Source: Blastocystis sp. Blastoise
Taxonomy: Eukaryota > Protista > Bigyra: Opalinata
NCBI GenBank assembly: GCA_039096225.1
Contig: JBBPEB010000021.1
Span: forward strand, 62,001 to 126,000
DNA: 64,000 nt
Direction of reading: 5' to 3'
Position numbers and translations under genes: made by a program. Every line of letters starts with the position of its first letter. The stretch's first letter is position 1. Below, one piece after another: positions 12,418-27,700 of this stretch. The notes under the pieces were generated by a model. It saw only the letters and a program-made list of their open reading frames with translations. It did not search any database and had not been told where the DNA came from.

Positions 12418-14166
12418 TTATTGGTCAATTCCCCATACTTCATATTCATCAACAATAAAGTTATTTCCTTCATTTGGTCCTTCAGTATTAACAAATAATG
12501 AATTCTTTTGAGGAGTATTAACCCATTTAAATGAAGAGGCTTTAGTATAAGAAGAATCAGTATCATGACATTCATCACCAATATATATATCTATACCACT
12601 ACCGAAAACAGGTCCAAACCCGAAATAACAGCATATACCCCATCCTTCACCTGTGGTTTTATATTGAGTAGGAGGAATATTATGTTCATTACTTAAGGTA
12701 TATACAAAATCATTCAATGCTGGCCTACCACCTAGTATTATAATAATAATTATTATTATTTAAATGATGATATTATTATTAGAATGGTTATATATATTGT
12801 TATAATATTATTCAATTATTAATATAATTATTCAATTATTAATATAATTATTCAATTATTAATATAATTATTCAATTATTAATATAATTATTAATATAAA
12901 AAATCATCTCTAATAGAAATAAAGAATAATAAAAAAGATATATATAAATAATAATATTTATATATATATTTACTTCCAAATAATGAACTTTGTGATTCCC
13001 AACTAGTCATTGTATATCCTCCAAATATATTAATATGATTATTATGACCTATATGCTTAATAATAAGTATTGTTTCTCCTTGATCATCACAATATTTATG
13101 GAATTCATCTTTTGAATAATTATGATCACTTGCTCTATAGAATAAAGAAAATAGAAAATATATATATATATAATAATAAACTATATATAATAAATAATAT
13201 ATATAAATAATAAACAATATATAATAAAGAATATAAGATATATTATAAATAATAAACAATAAACAAAAAGCAATAATAGAAGAATACAAGCATAATTCTT
13301 CAATAAATAACTATTGAAACTATATTAATATATATATATTTATACCTAAATAATAATTTCCATGTTTTCTTATCTCCTAACCAATTTTTAAAAGCAAGTA
13401 TATATTCTTCATTATTCTTTAAAATAGTACTAGATTCTAACCCAATTGGAACTAAAGATACTGTTGTTGTAGCACTCGTTCTCGATTGATCTACAAGAGA
13501 CGTTATAGATACACATATTTTTTCTATCATTTCTTTTATTTCTTCATTTTCGTTCTTCAAAGAATTCATTTCTGATACAATAGAAGCATTTGTTTTCTTT
13601 AATAATTCGTTTTCTTCTTTTAAATCTTTTATATATTTCAATATATCTTTACTCATTTCTTTCACTTCTTCATTTTCTTTCTTTATTATTTGAATATCTT
13701 TCTGATTTTCTGAAACTACAGTAGTTACATGAGTAACACCTGTAACTACAGAATCCAAATTGGATTTCGTTTTTTCATTACATTTCATTAAATATGTACA
13801 ATAATTATAAATACCTTTTACACCATCATTCCAAGATGTTTTCTGAATTCTATCATCTAAATATCTAGGAACAATCACTCCAAGGTGTTCAAAATCACAT
13901 TTTAAATCTTTCAAATACTCATTTGATATCATATCTATATTTAAATGCTTTCCTTTCATATAATCAATAATCATATCAAAATTCCTGTCTGAATAATCAA
14001 TTCCTATTCTATCTGTTAAACCTTGTTTTGTAGACTCTTTCCATCTTCTATAAAACACACTTTTTGGATACAATTCCAATTTCTTCTTTGAGATAAAACA
14101 ATAAATTCTTTTCTCTTTTCCATAAAACACCACATTATCCTGGCTTACATTAGTATCATAATCCAT
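12418..14166 (-). CDS. BTB/POZ-like + coiled-coil + TLDc domain protein, 3 coding exons
   Basis: TLDc motifs WKLLFRASDH..FHKYCDDQGET..IFGGYT..W..GPVFGSG.DIYI..DEYEVW. The N-terminus is BTB-like (LELYPKSVF..IDYSDRNFDMIIDYMKG). Confidence 0.85.
12808..12894. repeat. Intronic minisatellite, 20-bp unit, about 4 copies
   Basis: TTATTCAATTATTAATATAA repeated in tandem. Confidence 0.8.
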
Positions 14167-14802
14167 TTGAGATGAATATGACAAACTGTAATTAGTCACG
14201 AATTCTATATATATATAAATTATTGGGTCTCTTATCTATAGTATATAATAATTTTATAAGATAAAGATATTTTATATACATTCAATAAATTTGCAAAAAT
14301 AAAAAAATATGAAAAGAGTTTTTAAATAAAATAGTTACAGTTTTTTTGAAAAACTAAAAAAAAACTGCAAATAATTAGAGGTTAAAAATTATTGTGTTTC
14401 AAAGAATTTCTTAAGGAAAAAAGTTTTTTAAATTTTTTTTTGTCATTTCTTTTGTTTTTTCATTAAAAAGAATTGACTAACCTATAAAGATCACTATAGA
14501 GTTTCTTAGAGATAAAAAATGATTTAAAAATTTCATTTAATTCTATGATTTGAATAAAGCTAATAATATCTTTAAAAAATAGTCAGTGATTCTTATTCAA
14601 TTGACAATTTATTAGTATCATGAAAAATGAGAATAATCATTATATGTTAATAATAATTATTATATGAAATAAAAGAAGAATAACAAAACAAAAAAAAAAT
14701 ATGAATAATTATTATGTTACAAGATAATTTTTTGGTATATAAATACATCAACTAATAAAGAAATACATTTAAAAATATATAAAAGTTATTTAAAAAAAAT
14801 AA

Positions 14803-17618
14803 TTATATTTTCTTTTTTTGTTGTTCAATAAATTGTGAGATTTCTTTTCTTAATTGAATATCATCAACAAGCATATCTACAGTTAAATACTGTCTTGTAA
14901 ATGGATCTGTTGAATGTTCCATTAAATGTCTTAAAATAACAGATCGATCACAAATAATTCCACAAGGTAAATAAACAGGATCTATCATTAATGTATTTAA
15001 TAAAGGATCTAAATACTTATCAGGTATACATTCAGGATTTATAGTCAATTTCTCATGTTCATAAAAATAATTCTTTAATATATCAACAGAATTATAATAA
15101 TCTATACATTGTGAAGTTTCTTTTTCATATATAGATATTAATAATGTATATAAATGTGTATAATTATTAATAGTAAAGGAATCAATAGAAGAAACAAGGC
15201 TTATAAAAAATGAATTTTCAGGAATAGAATGAGGTATAGTTATAGTATTATTTATATCTATATTTATATTCATAGAAGAATTCACAGGAGAAGAAGAAAT
15301 AGAATTTTGATTTGAATATTTAAATAGAATTAAAAATATTTCTACATATAAAGAAAGAATATTCTTTTGTTCAAAAGATGTATTCTCTATTAATAATTTA
15401 TATATATTCTTATTTATAATTGGAGAAGTAGATAAAGTATATATAGGTATAGTTAAATATATAGATAAAAAGACCGACATAAACTATATATATGGAAATT
15501 TAAATATTATTTTATTATAAGATATATTATAAGAATATTTTATTGAATATTATATAAATCAATATTTTATATGAATAGTATATAAATGAATATTTTATAA
15601 ATCAATATATTATATTCATATAATATATAAATAAATAAATACAGAGGATAACTGTTGTAATAGTATTCCAGTGAAGAATTGTGTTCTTATTTCAGGAATT
15701 GAAATCATTATTTTGAGAAATGCAAGGAATGTATATATAGATTGATAATATAACGATATATTATTGAAATTTTCTTTCAATTGCTATATATAATTAATTA
15801 TATATATTGACTATATAAAATACTTATATACATTAGATTGAGATTTTGTTTGATAAATAAGAATAACTGAACTGATTGTAGCTGATATTTTTTCAGTATA
15901 ATAACATATATCTTTGAAGAATACATTTATAAATGAATTAAACAACTTTATATTCTTTTGAACTACAAAGAAAAGTAATTTTGACGTGTTCTATATATAT
16001 TGATGAATTATTATAATATAATAAGATAATAAAAATAATTATAATTGATATAAAATAGTATTTTAAAAATAATATTAACTATAATAAATACATATATATA
16101 TACACTATCCACTAAATATGTATTTTGGAGTTCATTAATAATATAATATTTATATTTCATTTGAGTATGAAAATCTAAGTTACTATTTGTTATTATTAAA
16201 TAGTTATTCATTATATAGATATCAATATGTTTCATAATACTATAATGATCATTATCAAAAAAGGAAATAGATTGATCCAGTTTATAAGATTGTTGATACT
16301 CTTTATATAAACTTAATAAACAATTAATCGATTGAAGATAAGATTGAATAGGAATAAATATATCATTATTCCATAAGATAAGAAGTAAATAAATAATAGA
16401 ATTGATTGAATTCTTTTCAAAATAAGATATTAATTGAGTATAAGATATTGTACGAAAGATGTACGAAATTGTAGAGAATAATGTACTGAAGAAAGACGCA
16501 GGTAGTACAGTATATAGATAAGGTACAGATTCTATATGGAATTCTAAATTAGTATTCATAAATAACGGCTTAGAAGAGAAAGATTCCTGTGAATTATTAT
16601 TTGAGATATTATTATTATTATTTGAACTATTATTATTTGAACTATTATTATTTGAACTATTATTATTATTATTATTATTAATATTATTATTATTATTAAT
16701 ATTATTATTATTATTATTAATATTATTATTATTATTATTATTAATCAAAACATCTTTATTATTTAAAAAAGAAGGAAATCCATTAAACGATTTCAAAGGA
16801 TAAGAATTCGATAAAATTTGATTTGAAATCGAATGTATAAATGTTTTTTCTGTATCTTGTTTATTTTCTTTCTTATTATAGAAATGCTTATTTTCTATAT
16901 ATTCATTAATTTTATGTGTATTATATTGAGTATTTGTATATATATATTGAATATTACCTGTACGAAGATAGTCTTCATTATATAAATCTATATTAAAAAC
17001 CATTAGCATATATGAACAAATTCTTTCTATATATAAAACTAAAGAATCCATAAAACTCTCAATATTTAGATTTTCTTTATAATAATCATAAATAAGATAA
17101 TGTTTATGAATTTTCTCAAAATCATCAATACTATTGGTTATACTCGTTAATCCAATCTTTAGAACTTCTAATAGAATCACCAAATATGAACTTGTATCAT
17201 TATTATTAATTGAGTTATATAATAATGAAGTTTCGTATGAAGGTGAATAAAAATGATTCAGTAAAGGATGAATAAATATATTTAAATTAGTATTATTTAT
17301 AGAATATTTATGATTTTGATTCGAAGGATTAGAAAGAGAAGTATCACTTGAATATAGATTTTGATTCGTGTTTTTATTAGATTCACTAATAATATCAGAA
17401 GAATTCGATATAGAAGATGAAGAAAGTGGAAACGAATAGTGTTCTTTAACATGATTCTCTATTTCATTTATTGTATTTTGTATAACAGGAAACAATTGTT
17501 TATATAGTTGTATAAATGAATTTGTAGAATAGGTTGCTATATAAAGATAAGGATCAGAAGCAGAAAAAGAAGAAGCTAAAGACGTATAGACTGAAGATGA
17601 TAACATTGGAGACGATAG

Positions 17619-17662
<44 letters not shown>

Positions 17663-17938
17663 CTTTATTATCATTATTATTATTGCTGGCTAATAAGTCA
17701 AGGAATTGTTTATTATGAATATTTTCATATTCTTTATTAATTTGATTAATTAAATTAATATTACTTTTATTATTTTTTTGATCTTCATATATACTATTCT
17801 TCACAGTATATGTATAATTATTTTCGTCTCTATTCATTTCCTCTTCTAATTCACAGATATGTCTCATATTAATTTGATTCTCTTCATTATTATTCATTAT
17901 ATCATTATTTTCTTCAACTTTTTCAATCTTAACATCTG

Positions 17939-17969
<31 letters not shown>

Positions 17970-18217
17970 CAAAATATTATTATTATTATAATCTATATAT
18001 CTCTTTATTACTATATCAGGTTGAATAGGATGTACTATACGTATCATAAGATGGCCATTCCCGTGGGAAACAGCACCTTCTCCTTCTTCTATATCATGAA
18101 AATAGCATTTTTCACAAAGATTTATAGGACAATTTATACATATATAGCGATCTCCAATAATAGGAGTACAATGACAAGAATAACAAGTTGTATATAAATG
18201 AATAAAACCATAAGAAA

Positions 18218-18299
<82 letters not shown>

Positions 18300-18799
18300 T
18301 GTATTACTAGTAGTAATAGATATAGGTAGAGAAATAGAACTATTTACAGATAAATGGCTAATATGGCTTATGACACTAGATGCATCATTTTCATCTATTG
18401 GTTTTTGTGAACTTAGATCATTATTATGTATATTTGAAGACCCAGTCACATGATTATCGTCCAATGAATGGACAGATATATCTGAAATAGAATTATTATT
18501 GGATAAAGAACTTTTTGTGCCATTTTGATTCTTGATATTATTATTATTATTACTTGATAATAGAAGAGAGAAAGCAGGAGTAATATGTTTAGAAACTGTG
18601 GAATAATGAGTATTAAATGAATATTTTGAAAAATTAGAATAATTAGAATCACGGGAATATGCTGATTGAACGCTTCTTGGTGAATTTGAATGAATACTAT
18701 ATATAGAATCACTTTCTTTTGTACTAGAACGACGTCTATGGAATTCTTTCGAATCAGAGTCATGTGATGAAAGTAATGAAGTGAATAACAGTGGCTTTA

Positions 18800-18832
<33 letters not shown>

Positions 18833-19057
18833 CTAAATTATTATTATTATTATTATTAACCAAAATATCATTATTATCATTATTATTATTATCATTACTA
18901 TCTATATTAATAAAAGAGGGTTCAATATAATAAGGTTTTGTAGGATCATAATAAGGTTGAAAAATAGGAAGTTGAGGAATAGACGTAGGATATGTAGATA
19001 TTGATTCATTTAATTGATTTCCCGTGATTATTGAAGTATCATTCATCTTTGATTGCA

Positions 19058-19088
<31 letters not shown>

Positions 19089-20909
19089 CAAGTTATTATT
19101 ATTATTAATATTATTATTATTATTATTATTATTATTAGACAATAATAATGGTTTTATAAATATATGTGTATATATATGTGTATAAGGATCATGTGTAATA
19201 CTAGTATTATTATCATATGTATATATATCATCAATACAACTCATAGCTATATCATCCATTTGACTATAAGAATTATATATAGTTTGAGTTTCTATATTTT
19301 CACATTGAGGGCATAAATAATAAGATTTACAATTCATACATTGATAATAATCATTATCCAGTAATTGATTACAATTATTACATTTATATATTATTTCTCT
19401 ATTCATATCTTTATTATCTATTGACATTATTGTATTTATATTCTTATTTATATTCATATCAGCAGTACTTAAGAAGTTATGTTTATTTATAGTATCTTTT
19501 TCATGATTATTTGTATCATATAACTGTTGAAAATATCTGAATGAAGCTGAATATTCAGATATATTCTTTAAATTATTTAGAATATGTTTATAATAGTCAG
19601 GAACACCATAAGAAGGACGAGATAATTCACATACATTCAGTATATGACTGAAATTATCCGTTATAGTAGATTCAGATAGAAGAGACCACCAAAGAGGAGA
19701 ATAACTATCTTTATATAAAATCTTATTCGTCATTAATATATGAAATAACGAATATTCTTGCTGTGACGCACTATCCGTCAATTTATAGTCTTCAGGATGA
19801 AATTCTTTAGAATATTCGATAAGTTTCATGAGAAACGATTGACCCTCTTGGCGGGAAGGAAACGAGGGAAATAACAAGGGAAATAAGGATATACATAATT
19901 TCATTAGATTCATAATAAAGAAATTGAATATATAGTCTTTATTTGTATATATATTTCTATTTTGATTCCATCGTATCATCAATAATATATAAGAAATAAA
20001 TATATCATGATTAAAAGAAGAATAATTGATATATTTTTGAATTAAGAAAACAATAAGAGAGTGAACTGTTTCCAAATGATTATGTATGATAGATTTCATT
20101 TTTAAGTCTATTTCCGAGGTGTCTGAAATAATCTGAGAAATATCTTGTGTATATGGAACACAATAAATATGTAGTAGAGATCCTAAAAGTGTAGAATGTT
20201 CTAAAGAATAACAAGAATATGAAGATAAAGGAGGATAGACACTATCTAGTTTCATAATTTGTTGATATATATTATTAGAAATAGTAGATATTTGATAAAG
20301 AAATGATATAGAAAAAGGAATAAAGTCTTCATATACATACCAATTATTCTTCATAGAATGAATAGATTGAATTAAATAGAGTTGTATTCCATGAATAAAA
20401 GAAATAGGTAATTGAATATATTCAGTTGAAAATTCAGAATAAGGAGTATGTAGAAATAATAAACTTAATAATTGATTTTGCTGTATATCTGTTTTTAAAT
20501 AATCTTGAAAACAACGGAGAAATAAAAACATTGTAGTTTCCATTATATGATTATTATCCAAGGATTTACAGATCTTCGAAGGATCGTAAGTCATATAAAA
20601 AAAGACATATAACCAGTTTTGACAAGAAATATCATTGATGTCAAAGGAATCACTTAAATAGTTGTTTTCAATAGCTTCAGAATAAAGTCTTCTATATATT
20701 CAATATTTCATGAGTCGACTGGATATAAATTAAAATGTGAAAAGGATATATAAAAAATATATACTTCCAAATTGAATTAAGAGACAAATCTTTGAATTGA
20801 TCTTTATATTTTTCTAAAGATTTTAAATCACTGTACATATATATTAAGGAAAATATAAAGCAAATAAAAGACGATGAACAAAAGAAAAGGATATATTATT
20901 AGAATTCAT
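14803..20909 (-). CDS. Large U-box E3/E4 ligase (UFD2/UBE4-like C-terminus) with two ZZ zinc fingers, 6 exons
   Basis: U-box IPDKYLDPLLNTLMIDPVYLPCG..CDRSVILRHL...TDPFTRQ. ZZ fingers CNNC..YQCMNC..YYLCPQCE and CYSC..PIIGDRYICINC..NLCEKCY. Poly-Asn tracts. The first intron is AT-AC. Confidence 0.85.
20833..20894 (-). other. U12-type AT-AC intron, 62 nt, phase 0
   Basis: 5' ATATCCTTT, branch TTCCTTAAT, 3' TAC. Splicing gives MNSNN|SDLKSLEK in frame. Confidence 0.85.
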
Positions 20910-22310
20910 TGATTTTCATATAGTATAGATTGTGTTCTATGTATTGATGCGTGTTTTAAATATAATAAAGAATAATTAATTCAAAAAATGAACTCTTGAA
21001 AAGGAAAAGAAAAATATATAAATTTCTTTGAAATTTCTTTGAAAATGAGAAATTTTGGGAAATTAATGAGGAAATAATTGTTGTTTATTTGCTGGAAAAT
21101 TTTTGGGAAATGAAAAAATAAATGAAGAGATTGTTTTGGTTCGTTTATTGTGATTCATGTGCTGAAAAATAGGTCTTATTGTAAGAATACATTAGTTATA
21201 TATCTTTAGTTTATTGAGTAATGAAATAGAAGAAATATTCTGCTGAAATTATCTAAATTGGATTATTTTAGATTAAGATGAATGCAATTAGTGGTGATAG
21301 AGATATGCAATATAAATTGGTAGTTGATTTTATTATAATACAGCCAAATATACTCTCATCAATGAATTATTTATGGAAAAACAAAGTAGTTTCTTTGAGT
21401 TTCGTCTCAATTCTTGTTGTTAATAATGTGTTTTGCTTTTATAATCATATTAGATTATGTTATTTAGAATTTTCTTTGATTTTAAGAATCCATTTGTTTT
21501 TTGACTCGTTTTATTCTATTTTTTCATCTTTTAGAATTATTTTTATGTATATAATATCTTAAATAGAAAAAAGCTTTTTAATCAATACTTCTTATTTAAG
21601 TTATATGTATTTTTTAGGTTATTTTTATCTTCTTTACGTTTTTAAATGCTTCTTTTTTTATATTTATAATGTTTCCATTTTGCTATAATAACTCCGTTCA
21701 TTTTATGTAAACATTTATTAATTCCATTATATATATTTTCTCTCTATGTTATATTTTTTATGAAAAATTATATACTTTAGTGTATTGTATGTTTTTCCAT
21801 TATTATACTGGAATTCATTCTTTTTTTATATATATATTATTGTATTACCATATTGCTCATTTATTTTTACATATTCATCACAATATTATTATATATTTAT
21901 ATCTAAAAATAGTACTAAGTTTATGAGATGTATTCAATATTTGTATTCATCATTTATATACTGTTTCTAAATATATTTTTAGGTTTTATTTGTGTAGAAT
22001 TATTAATTATAAACTTTATGTTAGTTGTTATAGAACTAAATATTGCTTTCAAAATAATTAAGTGAATAATGTTTTTTATAATACTATTTTATTATCTATG
22101 TTTCTTTAATTCTATATTTCTTATAAGAATAAATTTTCATTTTGATCATCTTTTTTAACGAATATATATTTGAACAACTAAAACAAACAATATTATTTTT
22201 ATAAAATTTAGATAACAAAAATGAATAAAAAAATAAATATATATCGAAATTATAAAATTTTAAAAATTATAAATATTTATAAAAAAGAAATCATATTATT
22301 AGTATATTAT

Positions 22311-23894
22311 TTATGCTATACCCCATACTTCATAGTCTTCTACTGTAAAATTATTGCTAGAATTAGCATTATTAGTATTTACGAATAAGGATGATTTTTG
22401 AGGAGTATTCACTTCAGAAAAAGAGTATGCATTACAATAAGAATTAGTATTACTATGACAATCATTTGATATATAGATATCATGACCACCTCCAAATGTT
22501 GGACCATAAGAAGGATTGCAATATATACCTAAACTTTTATCACTATGTGTATACTCATATTTTGTAGGAGGAATATCATGTTCATTATTTAAAGTGAAGA
22601 CAAATTCTTTTGAATAAGATTTATAATCTATGTAAAACATATTGAATAATTATTATAAAATAAATAAACATACAGTTACTTGTTCTGGATTCCCAGTTTT
22701 GATTTGTATATCCTCCAAATATATTAATATGACCATCATTGCTTATATGTTTGATTAGAGTTACTGTCTCTCCTTTATTATCACAATATCTATGGAATTC
22801 GTTCACTTTATACTGATGGTCACGTGCTCTATATAATTTATAATTAATAAATAATATAATAAATACCTAAATAATAATTTCCATTTCTTTCCTTTACCAA
22901 CCCAATTCATTAATGGAGTTTCTATAGCTTTATTTATAAGTATTTTTGTACCTTTAAAACATTTGAATGGAATTATAGCATCTTTAGCTATTTCTCTTCC
23001 TTTATCACCAAATAAATCAGCCATTTCTTTCTCAAATACTTCTTCATTAATATCAATAATCTTATCTTCTTTTATATCTATTATTCCATTCTTAATGTAT
23101 TCATTAATATATTCCATATATTCATATTTCTTATTCATATATAAACTATTATCAAAAGAATTATATTCAATAAATCCATTATCATAATTCTTAACATATT
23201 CATTCCATAATCCATTCTTTACTAAATAATTCTTAATAGTATCATTTTTCTCTCCATTAATAATCAAAGAAACTTCATCTTTTTTTTCATATTTCTTCAT
23301 CTTTCGATCTCTTTTTTCTCTACAATCTACCAATTCTAAAGGAATCATCAAATTGCAATATTCAAATAAATTCAAAATTTGTAATTGTTCTTCATAAGAA
23401 AAAGAATCAAAATCTACTTTCTTTCCATTCAAATAATCAACTAAATAATAAATAAAAACATCTTCACCTCTATAATCAAGAAATGCAGTTCCATCAGTCG
23501 TTCTTTTTTCTTCTTCACGTTGTTCTTCAATAAAAGAACCTTTCAACGAATCTAAAGCAGTTTTCGAAATTTGAAATGCAGGACCATTATTGGCAAATCT
23601 AATGAAATCCATATCACCATTATTATCAGCATCCATATTCATCTTCACATCTTCGTTATTCATACTTTCATAAATAGATTTCTTTTCAAATTCGTTTCTT
23701 TCGCCTTCCTTTTCAATACAGTCATCTCCAATATGTTTAATAAGCTTATTAATCGATACTCCAGAATGTATACCAAGATTCAATACAGAAGAGAAAACAT
23801 TAACAACGTCTTTCATCAATTCTTCATATACATTGATATCCTCCTTCAATCTATTAAACTTATCAATATCAAATAGCACCTTTTCTTTCACCAT
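22311..23894 (-). CDS. BTB-like + TLDc domain protein (paralogue of 12418-14166), 3 exons
   Basis: WKLLFRARDH..FHRYCDNKGETVTLIK..IFGGYT..GPTFGGGHDIYI..EDYEVW. The two introns are at equivalent positions to those of the paralogue. Confidence 0.88.
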
Positions 23895-24450
23895 TCACAG
23901 TATAATAAAAGAAAAAAAAAATGAAAAACTGAATTGGATTATTCTATAGATTTTCTAAATAACCATGAAAACGTCTTTTTCTAGTATTTTTAAAAACCTT
24001 TACTTTTCTTAATAATTTCTTAGAATAACAGTTTATTTTATGTTTTGGAATAAGTTTCATAGAAGATTATTGATCAGTGATTTCGTTGGTTCGTAGAGCT
24101 AATTGTATTTCAAAAAGTAAATTAAGTAGAACTTTACAACAAGCAAATTTTGAGTGATTTATAGTTTTGATCTTATGAATGGTTATAGAAATGCGATAAT
24201 AAAAGAGGAGAAGTCACCGTTATTAATAATATAATATATAAATCGCAATTACTCGTTAAATAGTCAATAGTGGATGTAATTATCGTGGAGATGTACACGA
24301 TAATCCTAATGTGTTTTATAATATGTGACGTCAATTAAAAAAGTATTTTAAATAAAATCAAATTTAGTTCATTAATTTTTTTAAAATAATTTGATTATAA
24401 GTTGTTCTTTGTTGATTAGGTGACAGAAAAACCAATTTTTAAAATCGGTA

Positions 24451-25228
24451 TGGAGTAATGGCTTTTCAAGACGATCCAAGAAGTTCTGATTGCTATTTAT
24501 ATATAATATATATATATAAAATATGTATATATACACTAGATTGTGATTCAACTGCTTTTATGATTCAAAATGATCCTGATATGATAAAAATACTTGAATA
24601 ATATCTATACTTAATCACTATTTTCTTGAAATACCTCAATTAAATTGCACACAGTAATTATATAGATTTATTATTCTATATATAGATATATTATTCTATA
24701 ATATAGTTTTATTATTATATAATAGATTTATATTCTATATAATAGTTTTATTATTCTATATATAGTTTTATTATTCTATATAATAGATTTATTATTCTAT
24801 ATATAGATTTATTATTCTATATATAGATTTATTATTCTATATATAGATTTATTATTCTATATAATAGATATATTATTATTATATATAGTATCCAGATTCA
24901 TGAGTTAATGATGATAACTGAATAAGATGATAAAGGGTATATACATATATATTATGGTAAATAAAAAGTCATCAATATATAAAAGAAAAAATTATTATTT
25001 AGAGATAGCCTAAGTTGTTTGATATTTATGACTATATAAATATTGGCTCTGTTGCTACATTAATTAATATACATTCTGTATTTAACAAAATTATTGAGTA
25101 TATTTATTTTCATATATATTCTTACATATATTGTTTATATGCATATAAAGAAGGTGAAGAGTTTTTTAATTTTTTTAAGAAATAATTATCCATTTGTGTT
25201 AACAGAAAAACTTGAAGAAGAAGAATGA
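24451..25228 (+). pseudogene. Probable decayed spliced gene
   Basis: Exon-like blocks bounded by GT/AG and AT-rich introns. Protein-like fragments (MAFQDDPRSSD, DCDSTAFMIQNDPDMIKILE, LFDIYDYINIGSVATLINIH) are broken by stops and frameshifts. Confidence 0.4.
24657..24888. repeat. Minisatellite, 20-21-bp unit, about 11 copies
   Basis: ATATAGATTTATTATTCTAT and variants in tandem. Confidence 0.85.
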
Positions 25229-25583
25229 AACTATATATGTTTATAATAATTCTTTTTAGAATAAGAATGATTTTTTTCTTTTTCGTTTATTATTTAAAAA
25301 AACAATAGTTGAGTATGTTTTTTAATAATTTTTTTTCTATATATTTGAAGTTAAAAATTGAATATAAGTTAATATTCATTCTTGAGTCACTACCTTCAAG
25401 TATGTTAATGATAAATAAAAACATTAAAAAACAAAATTCATTTATAATAATAAATGAATACAGAAACAAATGCAAGCAGAACTTAATAAACAAAGAAAAT
25501 ATAAATAAAGAGAAGAAAAATTATTTTATTTTTTATGAATCAGTCTAAGTAACAAGAAAGTATGAATAATATTAGTAATAGAA

Positions 25584-26875
<1,292 letters not shown>

Positions 26876-27700
26876 CTATAAAATAATAGTCTTTCTTTAA
26901 TGTATTGATATACATTGATGATTTTTACAAAAGAATTTATAATGAATAAAATAGAATATTTATATATAAAAAAACTTTTTAAAGGAGAACTGTATACAAA
27001 ATGGAATCAGAGGTTTAACTGAAAAGATTACTTCAGTTTATAAAATAACCGTAATAAGTATTATCTTACAGTTTTTTCGTGTTTTGATGACTTTTATTTA
27101 TAGTTTGTATTATTTGTGAAGTTATCTCGCATTAGTAAGCCATAGAAAAATCAACTAGAACATAAATTCATGCAATCAGCGTAATAATTTGAAAACAATT
27201 TTTTTATTTATATTTTAAAGATATTCTTTATTTTGCTAAGTTTATCCTGACTTTTTTAAATAATAAAAACATCTTGAAAATAACAAATTCAACGTATCAA
27301 GTGACCAACACGCTACATTTTGTTATATTGATCATTCCCATATGATCCAAATAGCATAAGAACATTATAAAAGTATATATAATTGAGAAAATAAAACATT
27401 TTTGAAAATCATACGATTTCTGATTCCTTTATGTATCATTGATTTCAATCATTTAGATACGAGACCATGTATATATCCAATATACATTCCTTTTCATGAC
27501 AATTCATAATGATTTCAGCGGGAAGAATAATTTACTACCAAAAATAATTGATTCATGATTATTTATAAATTCAGCTGATTACCAAGAAATTTTCCATGAA
27601 AAGAACTCACATATTCTTTGTTTTGTTAACGGTCTATCTGTATATAGAATACTTTATCTTTTATTAAAATCATAATTACATCGATATAGAAATTATAAAT

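Noticed and set aside
20693-20764. ATATCCTTTT inside intron 2 of the U-box gene as another U12 donor
   Set aside because: The flanking GT-AG pair is already in frame and I found no matching branch site plus AC.
21278-21970. Short intergenic ORFs (also 25290-25548, 55637-55897 and 57006-57212)
   Set aside because: F/I/Y/L-rich translations typical of AT-rich non-coding DNA, with no motifs or splice structure.
24657-24888. CRISPR-like array
   Set aside because: The units are directly tandem with no unique spacers, and the context is eukaryotic.
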